Below are positions 12,401-27,700 of a stretch of DNA of 64,000 nt, in pieces. Below the pieces are notes generated by a model. That model did not search any database, was not told the DNA's origin, and saw only the letters and a list, made by a program, of their open reading frames with translations. Source of the stretch: Trichinella spiralis (lineage: Eukaryota). The stretch lies in assembly GCF_000181795.1 (NCBI RefSeq), contig NW_003526941.1, positions 1-64,000 of the forward strand, in the 5' to 3' direction. Within the stretch, counting starts at the first letter, position 1. Each line of letters opens with the position of its first letter. A program made the translations under genes and the position numbers.

Positions 12401-15400
12401 TTAATCAATATTTTATTTCATTATTCACTGCTGCTGTATTCACTTCAGTGAACAGCAGGAACGTACAGAACAACTGATATGTATTTTTCAAAATTCAAAA
12501 CATACCATGCAATCATGTGCATATAATATGCAATGATATTTGCAATTTTTCTTACCTACATCGATTCATCAAGCCAGAAATTGAAGAAAAAAACCGAACA
12601 TCCTTTTTCTCTTGCAAATAGTTCAACATTATATTTTGAACATCACTATTTCCGCCATTCAATATATGTATACCAAGGGCCAGTGTTTTCTCAACCATTA
12701 CATTTGGCTCACCATTACAAGCAGACAGATACATCAGGACCATAACAGCGACACCACGGTCTGCCAGACGAGACTGTTCATGTAGAAGCTGCTGCTTTTC
12801 TAGTTCTTGTGCCTATCAAAATAACCGCGAACTGCACATTCAAATTACACTAATTATATATATGCAAAATCTGAATTTTTCAACTGACTAGTAAAAATAA
12901 TGAAATATTCATTAATACTAAATATTCATGCATTCAAAACTATTACTTGATTTATTAGTTCATTACATACAGATTCTTATTCATTGCATTCAAATGAACA
13001 TTTTATACAATCAGACAGCATTTCTTTACAATGCAAAAGCTGATCAGCTTGCTAGAGTATTTTTCTCGGTATTTTGCTAATTTTCTGAACTTACTTCCAT
13101 CGAAATCGCATCCTCTTCTGCATTGTTTTGTTCGTCATCATTAATATGAATACTAGATGCCATGACTCTGACGTATTTAATGTATAAATTGTCGTCAACA
13201 ATTGGAACAAGTTGTTTTCTTTCAGAAGTAGCAGCTCTTTGAAAACACTGAACTAATTGGGAAAGAGGATCTGGTGGGCATTGTTCATCGACTTCTTCAA
13301 CATCTTCTCGCAAACGCTGCATTCTGCCTTCTGAAGCCACCTGTTAAACAATATCGTATTTTACCTCACATTTCAAACTTCAGCAAAAAACATAATTTGT
13401 GAAGCAATTTACATTTCCTTATAAAATTGAAAAATCAAATTTGCTTTTCCGCTATAACATCATTTCATTCGAATTTAAACATGTATAATTATATATTTTA
13501 ACAAACAAACAAAAATATTAAAAATTTCAAAAAACTCTTCAGACTAATGAAACTCGGACATTATGTGTTTTTCAAGCGTTCATAAACATAAATAATGCTC
13601 AAAGCACATACTGTTACTTCACTAATTAATAAATCTTCGTCCACTTTTTCCGATTTCAACCATTTTTCAATGTATGCACTGAGAAACAAATTTACACAAC
13701 GATGTCTAAAGTAAAATTATATAATGAATTCTGCCTAAATATATTAGACAATGGTAACATACTTTGGAATGCTGTATAATGCAACCATTCGAAAACATGC
13801 AACAACAGCACGCTTTCTTTGAGACGATACAATCTTGCGCCAAGCATCTGCTTGAAACGTTTGCGGATGTTCAACCTATTATTAAATCGGTTAAATTCAA
13901 CACCTACTCGTATTAATGTACTCACATTGTGTAAATTGCACAATGTAACACCCATAAATATTATTTTATCAACAACCATCTCTTGACTCATGGAATCAAT
14001 TCCTAGCATCTGCGCCTTTCCAATTTGTTGATACAACTTTCGTTGCCAATGGCTTTTATCAAATACATCCTCCTGAAATGAATTAATCTTCTTGTTATAA
14101 CAGTCGACACGGGTTCCAAATTACCTGATCTGGAACAGCAAGACTGGAAGAAATATATTCTTTTATTTTTTCATCATTTTCTTTCTGCAATAATGAATAG
14201 TAACAATGAAATAAAAGAAGGGATTTTCGCTCGAGTAGTTGTCATTCACTTTCATATATTTTTCTTTGACTTTTTGCAATAAATCCAACTCTCTACCACC
14301 AAAGACACTCAAACCAACAGGAAGAAGCCGTTTTAAGCAAGCAACCACAATGCTGCCAGAATCTTTTTCTCGCCTCTTGCCCTCGCGTCGTTTCTTTTTC
14401 CGAAATGCAACAGCAGCTTTGCCCGTCTTTCGACTTGTTCCAGTCATAAAGTCACTTTCAAATTGTGTTATGAAATTCAATTCTTCCCTTTTCATGTGCT
14501 GTAATTACAAATTAATTACAAATCATCTAATAATTCTAGACGGTTGGACACTTGAAATTATTATTATTATTTTATCATCAATCAACAAACGCCATTACAA
14601 TTATCATGAGAAATTTACTAATTATGCCAACATAATACAAAATAAACCATTTTGAATTTCTTTCATTTTATAACTTGATATTTTACTCATCCGAAATCTT
14701 ACCTGAGATGTTGACCAGAGTTTAAAGACAAATGCAACATGTTCAAATAATGCATTTGTTTCCCAACATGGATTTTTCAGCCAACGTGCTCTAAATATTA
14801 ATGTACTTAGTAAGCGTCTAAAAATTTTCACCTGAGTAGCACGATCTGTACGAAATAAACAAATAAACATACTAATGCACTAATTTCATTTAAATTCCAT
14901 TCTAATAACATCAATACAATAATGCAAATTATGCAAATTGTATACAGCAAGTTGTATAATAAGATGCTACACGTTAAAGTAGTTATAATTAATGAAACGC
15001 AAATATTGCTTTAAAATTTTATACTGCACGGTCGACCTATAATGAAATTTTCATCATTTAGATTTTTTAATTTCTTTATTCTCTATTTTTTTATTGCTTT
15101 TCAATTAAATGTTCATATTTAAATTTTATACGTTTCATTTTTGAAATCATCCTCTTTGAATTTCGATTAGTTCGAATTACCTGTGCAAATCAGTGAACTT
15201 TATAAGAATCGGATACAAGGCATAAACATCACGTATAAGTATGGAGTGCAGCTAAAATCAAACAGCCAAGTAATAAAAACAACCCATGAGGTTTCTATTC
15301 ATAAAATCATCAATTTACCAACAAAAATTAATCCACGTCATAAACTAAAAACTACTGTACTGTCAAAAGAGAAACGCAATTGATAAAAAAAAGTATTTCT

Positions 15401-15646
15401 TTAATTAATAATGCTTAATTATTAAATTAAAGAATTACATACCGCATTAACCAGATTAATTAAATATAAATGTAATGCATATTACTTCAATTACTGTCGA
15501 TTCATCAAAAACATCAGGATGCATCCGATGTTTTTCTTCCTCTTTAAAAGCAAGATCTGCTTGCATTCGCACTTTCTCAGCCATGGGTAACAAGTAATCA
15601 CGGACGGGTTCAATCGTCACGTAATTTATCATTGGAGTAATAAAAG
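6445..15646 (-). CDS. unc-68: Partial second copy of ryanodine receptor 3' exons (bridging solenoid end, central domain, TM/pore, CTD); 5'-truncated and gapped
   Basis: Exons from [21 protein letters not shown] (starts 15646) to ...[19 protein letters not shown] (6445), near-identical to 19714-29406. Includes the [11 protein letters not shown] pore motif (~7266-7298). Interrupted by two N-gaps. Confidence 0.85.
7811..8140. other. Assembly gap (N run)
   Basis: 330 N; corresponds to about 21079-22037 in copy 2. The flank 7720-7810 shows indel-rich, low-quality sequence. Confidence 1.
10444..11174. other. Assembly gap (N run)
   Basis: 731 N; corresponds to about 24338-24934 (EF-hand exons) in copy 2. 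The flank 11175-11340 is degraded by homopolymer runs. Confidence 1.
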
Positions 15647-15714
15647 CTAAATAAAAGTCATGAAAATCATATATACATCAGATATGATCCAGTTTCAAAA
15701 ATAATAAATTTCGA

Positions 15715-15724
15715 NNNNNNNNNN
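15715..15724. other. Assembly gap (10 N) at the junction of the two repeat copies
   Basis: 10 N lying exactly between the end of copy 1 and the start of copy 2. Confidence 1.
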
Positions 15725-18700
15725 ATAGTTGTTATCAGTTGTTCTGTACAACAAAAAAGTAATTGCATTCCATTGCCAGAGTTCACAGATTTTGATTTTT
15801 GAGTTTGGTCAATTATGTCAAATGGCAGGCTGTGAGAAAACATAGTTATAAAGCAGTTTGCACAAAAACACAGTCTTAGTCACTGTTGTGACAATATATC
15901 ATAACCTGCCCTTTCATGTCGAGAGCAATCCAATATTCACTAAATGGAACATCAGTGTTTTTTATCAATTATTGATATATAAATGTAAGAGTATAAACAT
16001 GTATTATATATGTGCAAATAGAGTAATGTCTCAGCTACAAGAATATGTGCCTTCTAAATAGTTAGGCACGGTGCAGTAAAAAAATTAACAAAAAATTGGA
16101 ACTTCATTAAAAAGTCAATTTTTTGTGAATTCATTGATTAATAAAAACAGAAGAGCATATCTAAAGGTAAATGTGATGCCATATTTATATAAATATCCCA
16201 GCCAAGATTTCATTTGCAAAATATAAACCAAAACAATGGAATACTGGTAGAGTTATGTGCTCTCAAAGTTTTGTTCCATTTAGTGAGCATTGGGAAGATA
16301 AAGCTTTTAACAGAGGAATCGTCACAGAAGAAAACAATGGGAAAACATGAAATTGCAGTATGTAGAAAATTAACTCGGGTCGATCTGACCCTGAACAAAA
16401 GGAACAATTGAATTTTTTAAAACGCCACCATAATGAGTAAATTAAAGCAAAAGGTTTCAGATTATTTTTCAAGAAAAAATTGAAGAAAGATGGTGAAATT
16501 CAAATAACATACGTATGTATTTAAGGCAAATGAATATGGTTTAAAAATCTGAAACGATCAGTTCGATCCAAGGCATAATATAGGGGTTATGTTTCTGAAT
16601 GCCAACATTTATCTCAATAATTACTCATTAATTTTATGTGAAATACAATTTTCATTAAATAAGTAATGCAGGAAAATGAAAATGCTTAAGTAATAGTGAA
16701 ATAAGTCGCTCTCGCAATGTTAATGATAAGGCTCGTTTGTTTGCTGAAGAATTTTTGCATATTGATGACAATGCAATAACGTGATCTGTTACCAGGCAAC
16801 GTGATGACGTCATCAATAGATTTCTTTTTTATAGTTTACGGTGCAAACACCGTATCGCAACAGCGAAAGTTTTTTTTTGTATTCAGACAGAAAAACAATT
16901 TACTCAACATATTTATGAGTCGTAACCGCAAAGTACTTGACAACAGCAGCGCCTCTTTAATATTACAGTGTCTTCAAAAAGAAAATATGTTAAGGAAGGA
17001 AGATTTTTATGTTCGTAAATTAATAACTTTAGAAAAGTTACAATATTGGCATTTTAATGTCACGCTTCTCAGGTAAACTCAATTTAAAGTATACGCTTTG
17101 GTGTATGAATGAAAATGATAAAGCTGTGACCAGAATTAACAATTATGGTTTTGGTGAATTAATTCATGCGTAATTTTAGAGAATGAGAAAGCCGAAATGC
17201 GTAAAAATGGAACCTTGAAATGATTCTGTTTTTCGCAAGCTTAATTAAGTAGGAGGCAATACATTATAATAAAAATTATTGCATCGTCAACGTGAAAATC
17301 AATGCTCAGAAATGGGTCTTTTGCGCTGTGATTTGAAAATCACCAAGTAGTTCCATAACTGAGATGAAAAAGGAATTTCTCATAATTCGTCGATTATTTA
17401 TTTTAGTAATAATTAATTAAGGTTCCACTTACCGTGTTACGTTTACTGATTGTTGGGGAAGTTTACACGAAGATTGACTTTTTGCTACTTTATGCGCACA
17501 ATACACTTGTTTGATGACGCCTGCGAACGAAGAAAGAGGAGCAACTTGGCACGCTGCCAACTGCTAAATGAGCAGCATCACAAACAGTTATTTCTAATTA
17601 GTCAAGTCTCCTTTTGTTTACATTATGCTACTGTGGCTCTTATCTAATGCTGCTGCGGCTGCGGTGCAACATTATTCAAATTTTTTTTCCATGAACATTA
17701 ATTGATGCAGTTTTGCAGTGTCATTAATTGCCGATGAATTCCGCAAATAATTGATAACTACAAAAGTGTGCTCACATGAAGATATCATAATTGTTTTTTT
17801 CTGACTGAGCATATTAATTTTTATAGATAGCATTTCAGTAGCCATAACTAATGCCTGAAAAAGTACGTTAGCCATGCGACTGCTCATCTGTTCTTCAGTA
17901 TTGGGATAACACGACACTTAAGAACTCTCTGCTGCGCTTGAAATTGGGATATTGTGAATTTGCATTTTAATGTACAAATTGAGAACTGAGCAGAATTTAA
18001 GTATACGTATTTTTGTAAATTGAGAAAACAGATGCGTACATAGTATTTAAAATCATAGAAGCTTCTCAAGTTTCAGGAATGGTGATCAGGGTAACTTTGA
18101 TAATCTATATCAAATTTGATTTACTTGTACCTAAGGAAAATTGTACATTATAAAATGGTCAAAATTTTAAAAATGCAGTACAACCTACTAATGTTTTGGT
18201 AAACTGTTAGGAATACATTTTTATCGAGATAGCTATCTGGAAAAAATTGCATGAGAAGAGATTCATTTAAAAAATATTTTGCATTTAAACACGCAGTTGA
18301 GAAATAAATTATCAGTTAAATGTTTTCATATAATAATATTTGGAAACAATTGCAATAGAATGTCTACACAACGGCAAAGTTAAACTTCACACTGGGTTTA
18401 ATTACCAAAAGAGAATGCATCACATTGCATGATAACTTTTGAATTTGAGAAATAGAAATGCTAGACCTAGGGTGCACTTCACTGTTACCTAAAAGAAGCC
18501 TTAACTGTGGAAAATCTCTTCCACGTAAATGACTATTGCGTGACTGGTTTCTTTTTTGAGCTGTTTATTTATTAAAGGTACAGATGTGACACGCAAAAGA
18601 ACAAAAGTACCATATCACATTGATATAATACAAAAATGTAAGAAACATCTGGTATTGGCACTTATTACTACAGCAAACAGCACGTTATTTTACGCGGGCT

Positions 18701-21700
18701 ATTTCGTATACTTGTGAAAATCAAAGTAACCGTGCATTTATCTTTATAAAATTTCATACCTTTCACGAAATACGAGGAACCGATTCGTAGCATGTCCATT
18801 CATCAGGGAAAGCGTACACTGAGAATACACTTGTGAAAAACAAACAAAATAAGCAGTTACGTGTTGCACTTTAAGTACAGAGTGAACGTCAGTAACGTTT
18901 CAAATGAGATAGCTTATTTCTCGTAAACACATCTCATTTGAATTCCTATTCAAATATTGATAATGATACGAGATAGTGAAAATTTGCATATGACAAATTA
19001 TTACGCTATTACTTAAGTCTGTTTGGTGCATATTGCACTCATGCAGAACTTCAATAGTGAATTCAATATGATAATTTTATAAATCACTACAATTTTTAAA
19101 ATTAAGGTACAATTATTGCTTGTTGGGTGATAAGAAATTTACATAGTAAGAATGAATTTCAATGACATTGTGTTTGCTCAAATGTAAAATTAAATAAAAC
19201 CACAAGTAATTAGCAGTAACTGCTGAAAATGTTTAAAAAATACAATATATCATAATAATTATTGGTTACATGATAGGTAGAAATTAATTATACATTTTTA
19301 TATATGTGCAGCAAATTGATGAGTTGATCAAACTTATCAGTGGTAAATATTACTCCATTTTTATTTACCTATTGTATGAAATTTAAACTTGCATACGTGC
19401 AAAGTTTTCAAAAAATACATCAACCACTACCAAACAATAAAAATTTGACGTAAAAGTACAGCAAAATTTCATATCATTAGTAAAAGTAAACAAATTTGAA
19501 GAGTATTAGTAATTCGCATGCATGAGATGAAGTTTCTTGGAAAATTTTTCAACATTTCCTTCAGACAAGAACTGTCGCAGATTGCATCCACAACTTTCCT
19601 AATGAAAATAGATTGCCCTAAACTACAAAGTTTCTATCATGCGGCTATTTATGTATCCAGAGCATTGCCAAAAAAGTGCTTCCAAATAACTCCAGATCAT
19701 TTTTTAAGACAAATCAGGATGCCATCAGCTGTTCTTCATACTGCTTCAGAAAACATTCTCCAACGGGAAAAAAATCCCAGCAACGTTTCTCATACAGTTC
19801 CCACACATATGTTTCTTGTCCAGTATATTCAGTGTCATCTTTGTTTATTAAGTGCATTAAGAAAAACCTAAAATGTAATATTTTCATTTCTTGATGAAAA
19901 CATCCTTTCATTAGAATTCGATAAATAATGTTCACTTAGAAAGACGTTTATTTTCAAATCAAATCATTGTTCGCAATTTTCAATTATCATAATAATAATA
20001 TGCACTTGACTTACAAATAATATGCCAGGTTGTGTTCTTTTGTAGTATGATGATCAAATCCATGGGGTAAGCGTTCGAAAAAATCTTTACCGATGTCACA
20101 AATGAAACAATTAGACTAAACATAAGAAAATGAAAATAAAGTCACGAAATTTTTCTTCTTCTTTCATTATTTCAAAATAATTTCATATTATTTTTTGAGA
20201 TTACATTTCAACGCTAAACTGCTGTTTTACATGCAAAATGGAGATGTGCTTGCAAACAGCAACGTTCATGATTATTATTTATTTATTGTTAAATGCATTG
20301 CAAACATACTTCAAGTTTATCTTGCGCTGATTCTTGCTGGTCTCTCAAATCACCAAATGCATCAATAATAAGACCTAAAAGCATTATTATTATTATTATT
20401 ATTATTAAACACACTCTCAAAAGATAACCATACCTTGCATTATAGCTAAGAGAATAATTATTATAAAAAAGTGAAATGTCATGTCGAACAAAATTCGCCA
20501 TGCCTCTCTTTCATCACCGTATGGAGATTGCAATTCATCTCCAATTCCACCACCAGCACGTATACCAGCATACACATTGAATACAAAACACTTAAACAAA
20601 TTGTATAATATTTATTTTGACAGCAGTTTTCCCCCCTCTTCAATATTAAATATCGAATGAAAATCTAACATAAACATTTTATAATTATGTACGCTTAATA
20701 TATTAACATTTTTATTATAAATCAGTACTTGTTTCTAAGAAAATGTCAAACATCACGTTGTAAAATACTGAAGTTTTTGAATGGAAAATTACCGATATCA
20801 TGTTATTGCACTTGCTATCAGTCTCCTCGCCATCGTCTTCTTGAACATAAAACTTTCGAAAAAAGTTAAAGGCCAAAACAGTATACAAGTATACGACAAC
20901 TAGCACCATCATAACCGTCAGAATTAGCTAAAATAGTCTTTTAAATCTTCATCTGCAACAGACAAATTTTCTTGCTTTTTGTAGTCTTACCTGCTTTCCA
21001 TTGTGCGTTACTGATTTTAATATTGTTTGAAGCATTGGAAATGATATAACAACATCTATCAGATGACCAGCATAAAAAAACGGATTCCAAATTCCAACAG
21101 CAGAAAAAAACAAGTACATCAGTAGATACTGAAACGACTAAACCAAAACAAAAAACTTATTCCAATTGTTAACAAATGCTAACATGAATCTTCATTTCTA
21201 GTCATGAATGGCAATAATAATTGTACAGTAATGTCAATTAAAGGCAAATTTTAATTCAATAATACAATTATTCATTTTTATTACAGCTAGTGAAATGCGA
21301 ATTTCATTAGAAACTTTTAAACTAGATTAATATTCTTCAGCCGATTTTTTTATTGAAACTACAAAAAATAAAAATTTAAATTATTTTACATACTCCGTCT
21401 GTAAATATGACGCCCAATTTCCAAATTTGATAACACCAATCGACACCAGAAGAACTAAATTCCGTTCGTTTATTGGTATTTTTTGAAAAATTTATTGCTC
21501 ACCTGGAAGAATTAGAACCATCGACTACTGTTTTGTCAAGACCAAGCAATCTGTTCAATTCTTCTTCGTCAAACTGATCTTTATATTTATCTTTAACCTT
21601 TTTTTTCACAAATTTATCCCAGTATTTTTCAGGAAATGATCTGAAATTACCACATTTATTTGTAGCAAACATAAATGGTTCATTGATGACCAACTTACGG

Positions 21701-24700
21701 AGAAGATATTATCATACTGTCCCATTTTCCAGATACAGCATCCTCAGATGGCATTTCCGTAATCCACATTCCTTCAAACTCTAATTTACGAGCCACCAAT
21801 TTTTCTCTTTTAAATATTATGAGCGGCACCTGTGAAATAAAATTCAATATGATCCATATTATTGAACATTAGAAATAACATTTGAAGGTATGTGTTTTGA
21901 AAAATTAGTTTCTAAAGTGCTAAGTTTTATAAACTGAGCTTCAGAATACAATATTCAAATCAAGTTTCCGTTAATAATCGATACTGCCTGTTTATTTTTC
22001 TATCCGATATGATCTGATAAGATTTACAGGTATGCTAAAAAGCTTTAATTAAAAAATAAAGTGTGATAAATAATTCTGTTTACTTCAAATTTTCTTAATA
22101 TCAATTGTAAATTCAGTGGATGATATTACCAATTACAGTACTTACGGACATCGTCACCTACCTTCAATTGATAATAAGCGATTAGCAATGCTAGTGAAGC
22201 TGCACAATGCGCAACTGATAAAAATATTAACATGTGAGCCAAATAGTAATAGTTGTCATGAATTGCCAATTCTTCTTCAATTACATTTTCCATGCGCTCC
22301 TCATTCTGCAGTTTGCTGTTGTCTGCTTCCAATACCACTTTTTCATCATTTGAGGGATTGTCAGCAACCTAAACTTTCGTCAGTTATTTATGTATTATGC
22401 CAATGTATTAGATTTAAATTTAGATTTACATTAGTTGATGTTATTGAATAATTTTCAATTAAATTGTAGTCTTTAATAAGATAATAACCAATGTAACAAA
22501 CAAAGAAAATTCAATGCCATTGGTTCAAATTATATTTTCCGGTCACTGAAGTTCTTATAGCGTTAATATAACGATATATTACTTTTACTCTTCATTTATA
22601 ATAATTAAAAATACATATAATTTCCACTAAAACTTGATTTACTGTGCATTGCAACAGAACTGTATAATATCATCCCTAACATGATGTGATATAAGTTTAA
22701 ACAATTTTTCAATTTCAACGTTATCCTTACCCGGTAAAACAACAAAATTGCATTTATGCAAAACGCTAATGCAAGTGTGATGTACTTCAGCAAATAAAAG
22801 TTTCTCGCCAAAAAATTCTAAAATATTTACCAATAACATTCAGTATGATCAACTGCAAACAGATTTCTCACAAAAGCTGAGCCTTTAGCACTAGATGTAG
22901 TTTCCGCAATCTTCGGTTCATAAATTTCCTTCACAGCAATATTGCTGTCATCATTGCATACGCTAACTGCAGCTGGTGTGTAAGTCTCAGGTATTTGGTT
23001 ACTAAAATATTCAAATTATTCGCTAAAAGTAGAAGCATGGAAGAAAATTTTTCACTTGTACAATTAACAATGACATATAGTTCCACCTAAATACCGCGTT
23101 TTTGGCTCTGTTTCACCATTTATGAAAAATAATTATTTATACATTTTCTGTTATTATCACTAACTTAAAAATTAAATAATCTTTTGAAACATTAATTTTC
23201 CACCGTGAAAACGCTAACGTTTCTGCATCATAGAAAGTGATGATTCATTGAATTCTATGATTATTATAATGTAAATTATTATTATTGAAAGGCAATCTGA
23301 TACCTGTAAATCATTAGTTGTCGTTCGTTTTGAACAGAAGCTGATTCAGCTGAAGCGAAGGAAAATGGGGAAGAGTTTCCAATGTGCATCGAAAATGATT
23401 TTTCGAACTGCGGTTGATTGTTCAGATTTTTCATAGACAATCCTTCCCCAATACCCTGTGTAAGTTGTATACCAAATGCTTCATACACTTCTGGTTTTTC
23501 TGGTTCATATAATTGTGGGACAATATTAAAATCCTTTGGCAAAGTATGATGAACTGCATTTTCTGCAGTTAATTTTGAAGAAGCTTTTTCTTCTTCCCAA
23601 ATACCGTACATCATAAGCAATATGAATCGAAAGAAAGTATTCATCATGTAAAATGCACCGCGAAATATTGTAACAAAAATGAAGAGGACAATCTTTAAAA
23701 ATATCAAGATTAACTGTCCGTAAGTCATTGAGCTGAAATGCATAGCGGCGCTGTGCTTCAGTTGGCGTAATTCTGAAGGGCGTAGATATCGACAAAATGA
23801 CACAATCGATGTACCCATTTTTTTCATAATTTTCAAAATAATATCAAATGTCGATATTCTGAAACAACACTCACCTTGAAAATTCATATATGAATCAATC
23901 ACTGTAAGTTACGAAGCATACGTGTCAGTCTTATCTGCCATGCCGGTAAATATTTCTCGTTGCTTCTTTGCTCGTTCTATTCTTGAATCTCTATCTTCAG
24001 AACTAATTTCCGCAGCATGCGACATCTGAATATATTTGATACAATTTTCAACATTACTGAGCATTTATTTCTTCAAAATAGTCAAAACGTGCTTTCAGCA
24101 TACCTCAAATATGGTATCTTCACAAAAGTTGACAAACGCTTCCAACTTCCCTTGTTCACCACCGTCGTCTTGTAAAACATTGAAAAGAAAATCTTTCTTC
24201 GATTGCTAAAATATGCACATTACATACATCTGATTTTTACAATGACCCTAAAATACAAAACTGACTTTAATTTGAGGTTTATTGAATTGTTCAAGCCATT
24301 CTTCTTTTATTTCAAAGTAAACCTTTTCAACTCTTTTGTTTGATCCCATTATTTCAATTCTTCCAAGATATGGGTCAAAATATTCACACATTGAACTGGC
24401 GGTTTGCAAAATTTGATCCAATCTACTATCTCCTGTTATGTGCTCTTTCAAATTCGTCAACAAAATAGCCAGGTTAAAACCTAAACAATCGAAATATATA
24501 CAATGTGAACGCATTCATCATACATTGTATACAACCTATGTCTTTTGCTGGATTGTGAAAACGTTCTGTGAATTCCATGTAATCAATTTTTCCATCGTTA
24601 TTTACATCTGTGCACATCATTAAGTAATTGATTTCTTCCGTTGAATACATCTTTTGGGCTTCCATTGCTCTTAAAAACTCCTTAGGTGATATCCATCCGT

Positions 24701-27700
24701 CTTTGTTAGTGTCAAATTCTTGGAAAGCCTGACTAGTTGTTAAATCTTTCAACTTCAAAAACATATCAAAAAATTTCAGAATCAACTGAACATTCTGTTG
24801 TGATTCAGCTAATGTATCAACCATTTGCTTTCCAATCGAACCGTTCAAAATATTTCCTAAAAAGATATCGAAATCAATTACTTACAAGGTCAAGTTTTGT
24901 GTTTCGATTTTACCTTCCAGCATACTCAGCATCAACACAATCATATCTTTTTGTAAGCTAAGAAACTCTCGTAGCAGTTCCAGCTGAGTGTGATTTTTGC
25001 TTAGCTTGTCCATCATATGCGCAAATAAAAAGAAGAATCCATTTATGGCGTCCCATAAACGACTATTTGCCAAAGCCATCTGGTTTCCAACGCAAGGTCC
25101 CTAAATATATCGCTCAGCATCAGGTGGTGTAAAATTACTCAACTGATACAAAAAATTGCACATTACATTAACAAAATTGATCATGTGTTTTGTGAACTTA
25201 TCTCTAATTAACTGTGATTTCATATGCATAACAAAAAATGCATCATGTTATTTATATATTTCTCATTTAAACAAAATTGATAACCAAAAATTTAACTCAA
25301 CTACCTCAACAATTTCAATATTCACTTATAACAGACAGCATCACAGAAAATATTTCACATCGTACACTGAAATTAAAATAATCAATTTTGTAACTGATTT
25401 TATATTCTTATTACTGTAGATGTGGTACAAACTGTACATTGTAAAATAAATTCATTAATACCAAAAATTAAGTTGATTACACTTTTATAAAAATAAACAA
25501 CAAGGGTTTCTTTAGCGTACCTGTATTGATTCAGTAAGTGTGTTAAACACTTGACTGCATACTGAAAGCGCTTTCAAAAAATGCGCTTTACCCGCTTCGT
25601 CAACTACCTCTTTGCTTGAAAAGTGCCAGTAAAAATCCATTATCGATTCTTGTAACCGAAGAAGATAGTCAACAGTGCAAATAATTAAATTTATACTTGT
25701 TGTATTTCCTGGCTGATTTCGCAAATAATTTTGAAATTCTAAAAATTATAAAATGTAATTCAATGATCCCCGTAAAATCCATTAGCTGTAAAGAAAATTA
25801 CTACTAAAAGCCCTCCAATATGATTATCAGAAAATTCTGTTGTCTGAATAGAATCATTCCAATTTATCATAAAAAATTCCTTAAAAGCATTTATTCAACA
25901 GCACAATTTTTTACTCGTTACATTTAACATATTAAAGTGAAAATAAAAAAAAATACCTGAATTATGTCCTTCACAGGTTAACTGGATAAATCGAAACAAA
26001 CTGCATATGAATTCAGAGTCATTCAGATTTTGATGCTTTCCAACTGACAGTTCAGCACCCATACCAAGACCTTCTGCTTTTAACTGTCTTTCGAAAATTT
26101 CCAAATTTAACACACTAAAAATGTTTCCACTTTGCAGTTTTGCTAATAGGAAATGTTGTTGTTAATCAATATTTTATTTCATTATTCACTGTTACTGTAT
26201 TCACTTCAGTGAACAGCAGGAACGTACAGAACAACTGATATGTATTTTTCGAAATTCAAAACATACCATGCAATCATGTGCATATAATATGCAATGATAT
26301 TTGCAATTTTTCTTACCTACATCGATTCATCAAGCCAGAAATTGAAGAAAAAAACCGAACATCCTTTTTCTCTTGCAAATAGTTCAACATTATATTTTGA
26401 ACATCACTATTTCCGCCATTCAATATATGTATACCAAGGGCCAGTGTTTTCTCAACCATTACATTTGGCTCACCATTACAAGCAGACAGATACATCAGGA
26501 CCATAACAGCGACACCACGGTCTGCCAGACGAGACTGTTCATGTAGAAGCTGCTGCTTTTCTAGTTCTTGTGCCTATCAAAATAACCGCGAACTGCACAT
26601 TCAAATTACACTAATTACATATATGCAAAATCGGAATTTTTCAACTGACTAGTAAAAATAATGAAATATTCATTAATACTAAATATTCATGCATTCAAAA
26701 CTATTACTTGATTTATTAGTTCATTACATACAGATTCTTATTCATTGCATTCAAATGAACATTTTATACAATCAGACAGCATTTGTTTACAATGCAAAAG
26801 CTGATCAGCTTGCTAGAGTATTTTTCTCGGTATTTTGCTAATTTTCTGAACTTACTTCCATCGAAATTGCATCCTCTTCTGCATTGTTTTGTTCGTCATC
26901 ATTAATATGAATACTAGATGCCATGACTCTGACGTATTTAATGTATAAATTGTCGTCAACAATTGGAACAAGTTGTTTTCTTTCAGAAGTAGCAGCTCTT
27001 TGAAAACACTGAACTAATTGGGAAAGAGGATCTGGTGGGCATTGTTCATCGACTTCTTCAACATCTTCTCGCAAACGCTGCATTCTGCCTTCTGAAGCCA
27101 CCTGTTAAACAATATCGTATTTTACCTCACATTTCAAACTTCAGCAAAAAACATAATTTGTGAAGCAATTTACATTTCCTTATAAAATTGAAAAATCAAA
27201 TTTGCTTTTCCGCTATAACATCATTTCATTCGAATTTAAACATGTATAATTATATATTTTAACAAACAAACAAAAATATTAAAAATTTCAAAAAACTCTT
27301 CAGACTAATGAAACTCAGACATTATGTGTTTTTCAAGCGTTCATAAACATAAATAATGCTCAAAGCACATACTGTTACTTCACTAATTAATAAATCTTCG
27401 TCCACTTTTTCCGATTTCAACCATTTTTCAATGTATGCACTGAGAAACAAATTTACACAACGATGTCTAAAGTAAAATTATATAATGAATTCTGCCTAAA
27501 TATATTAGACAATGGTAACATACTTTGGAATGCTGTATAATGCAACCATTCGAAAACATGCAACAACAGCACGCTTTCTTTGAGACGATACAATCTTGCG
27601 CCAAGCATCTGCTTGAAACGTTTGCGGATGTTCAACCTATTCTTAAATCGGTTAAATTCAACACCTACTCGTATTAATGTACTCACATTGTGTAAATTGC

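Larger units (their letters stand above)
2423..15714. repeat. Segmental direct repeat, copy 1 (matches 15725-29474)
   Basis: Colinear throughout: ORF pairs 4403/17672, 6249/19518, 9390/23282, 13077/26838 and 15183/28943 are near-identical. Begins acagttgttatcagttgttctg (2423, vs 15725) and ends aatttcga (15714, vs 29474). Confidence 0.97.
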
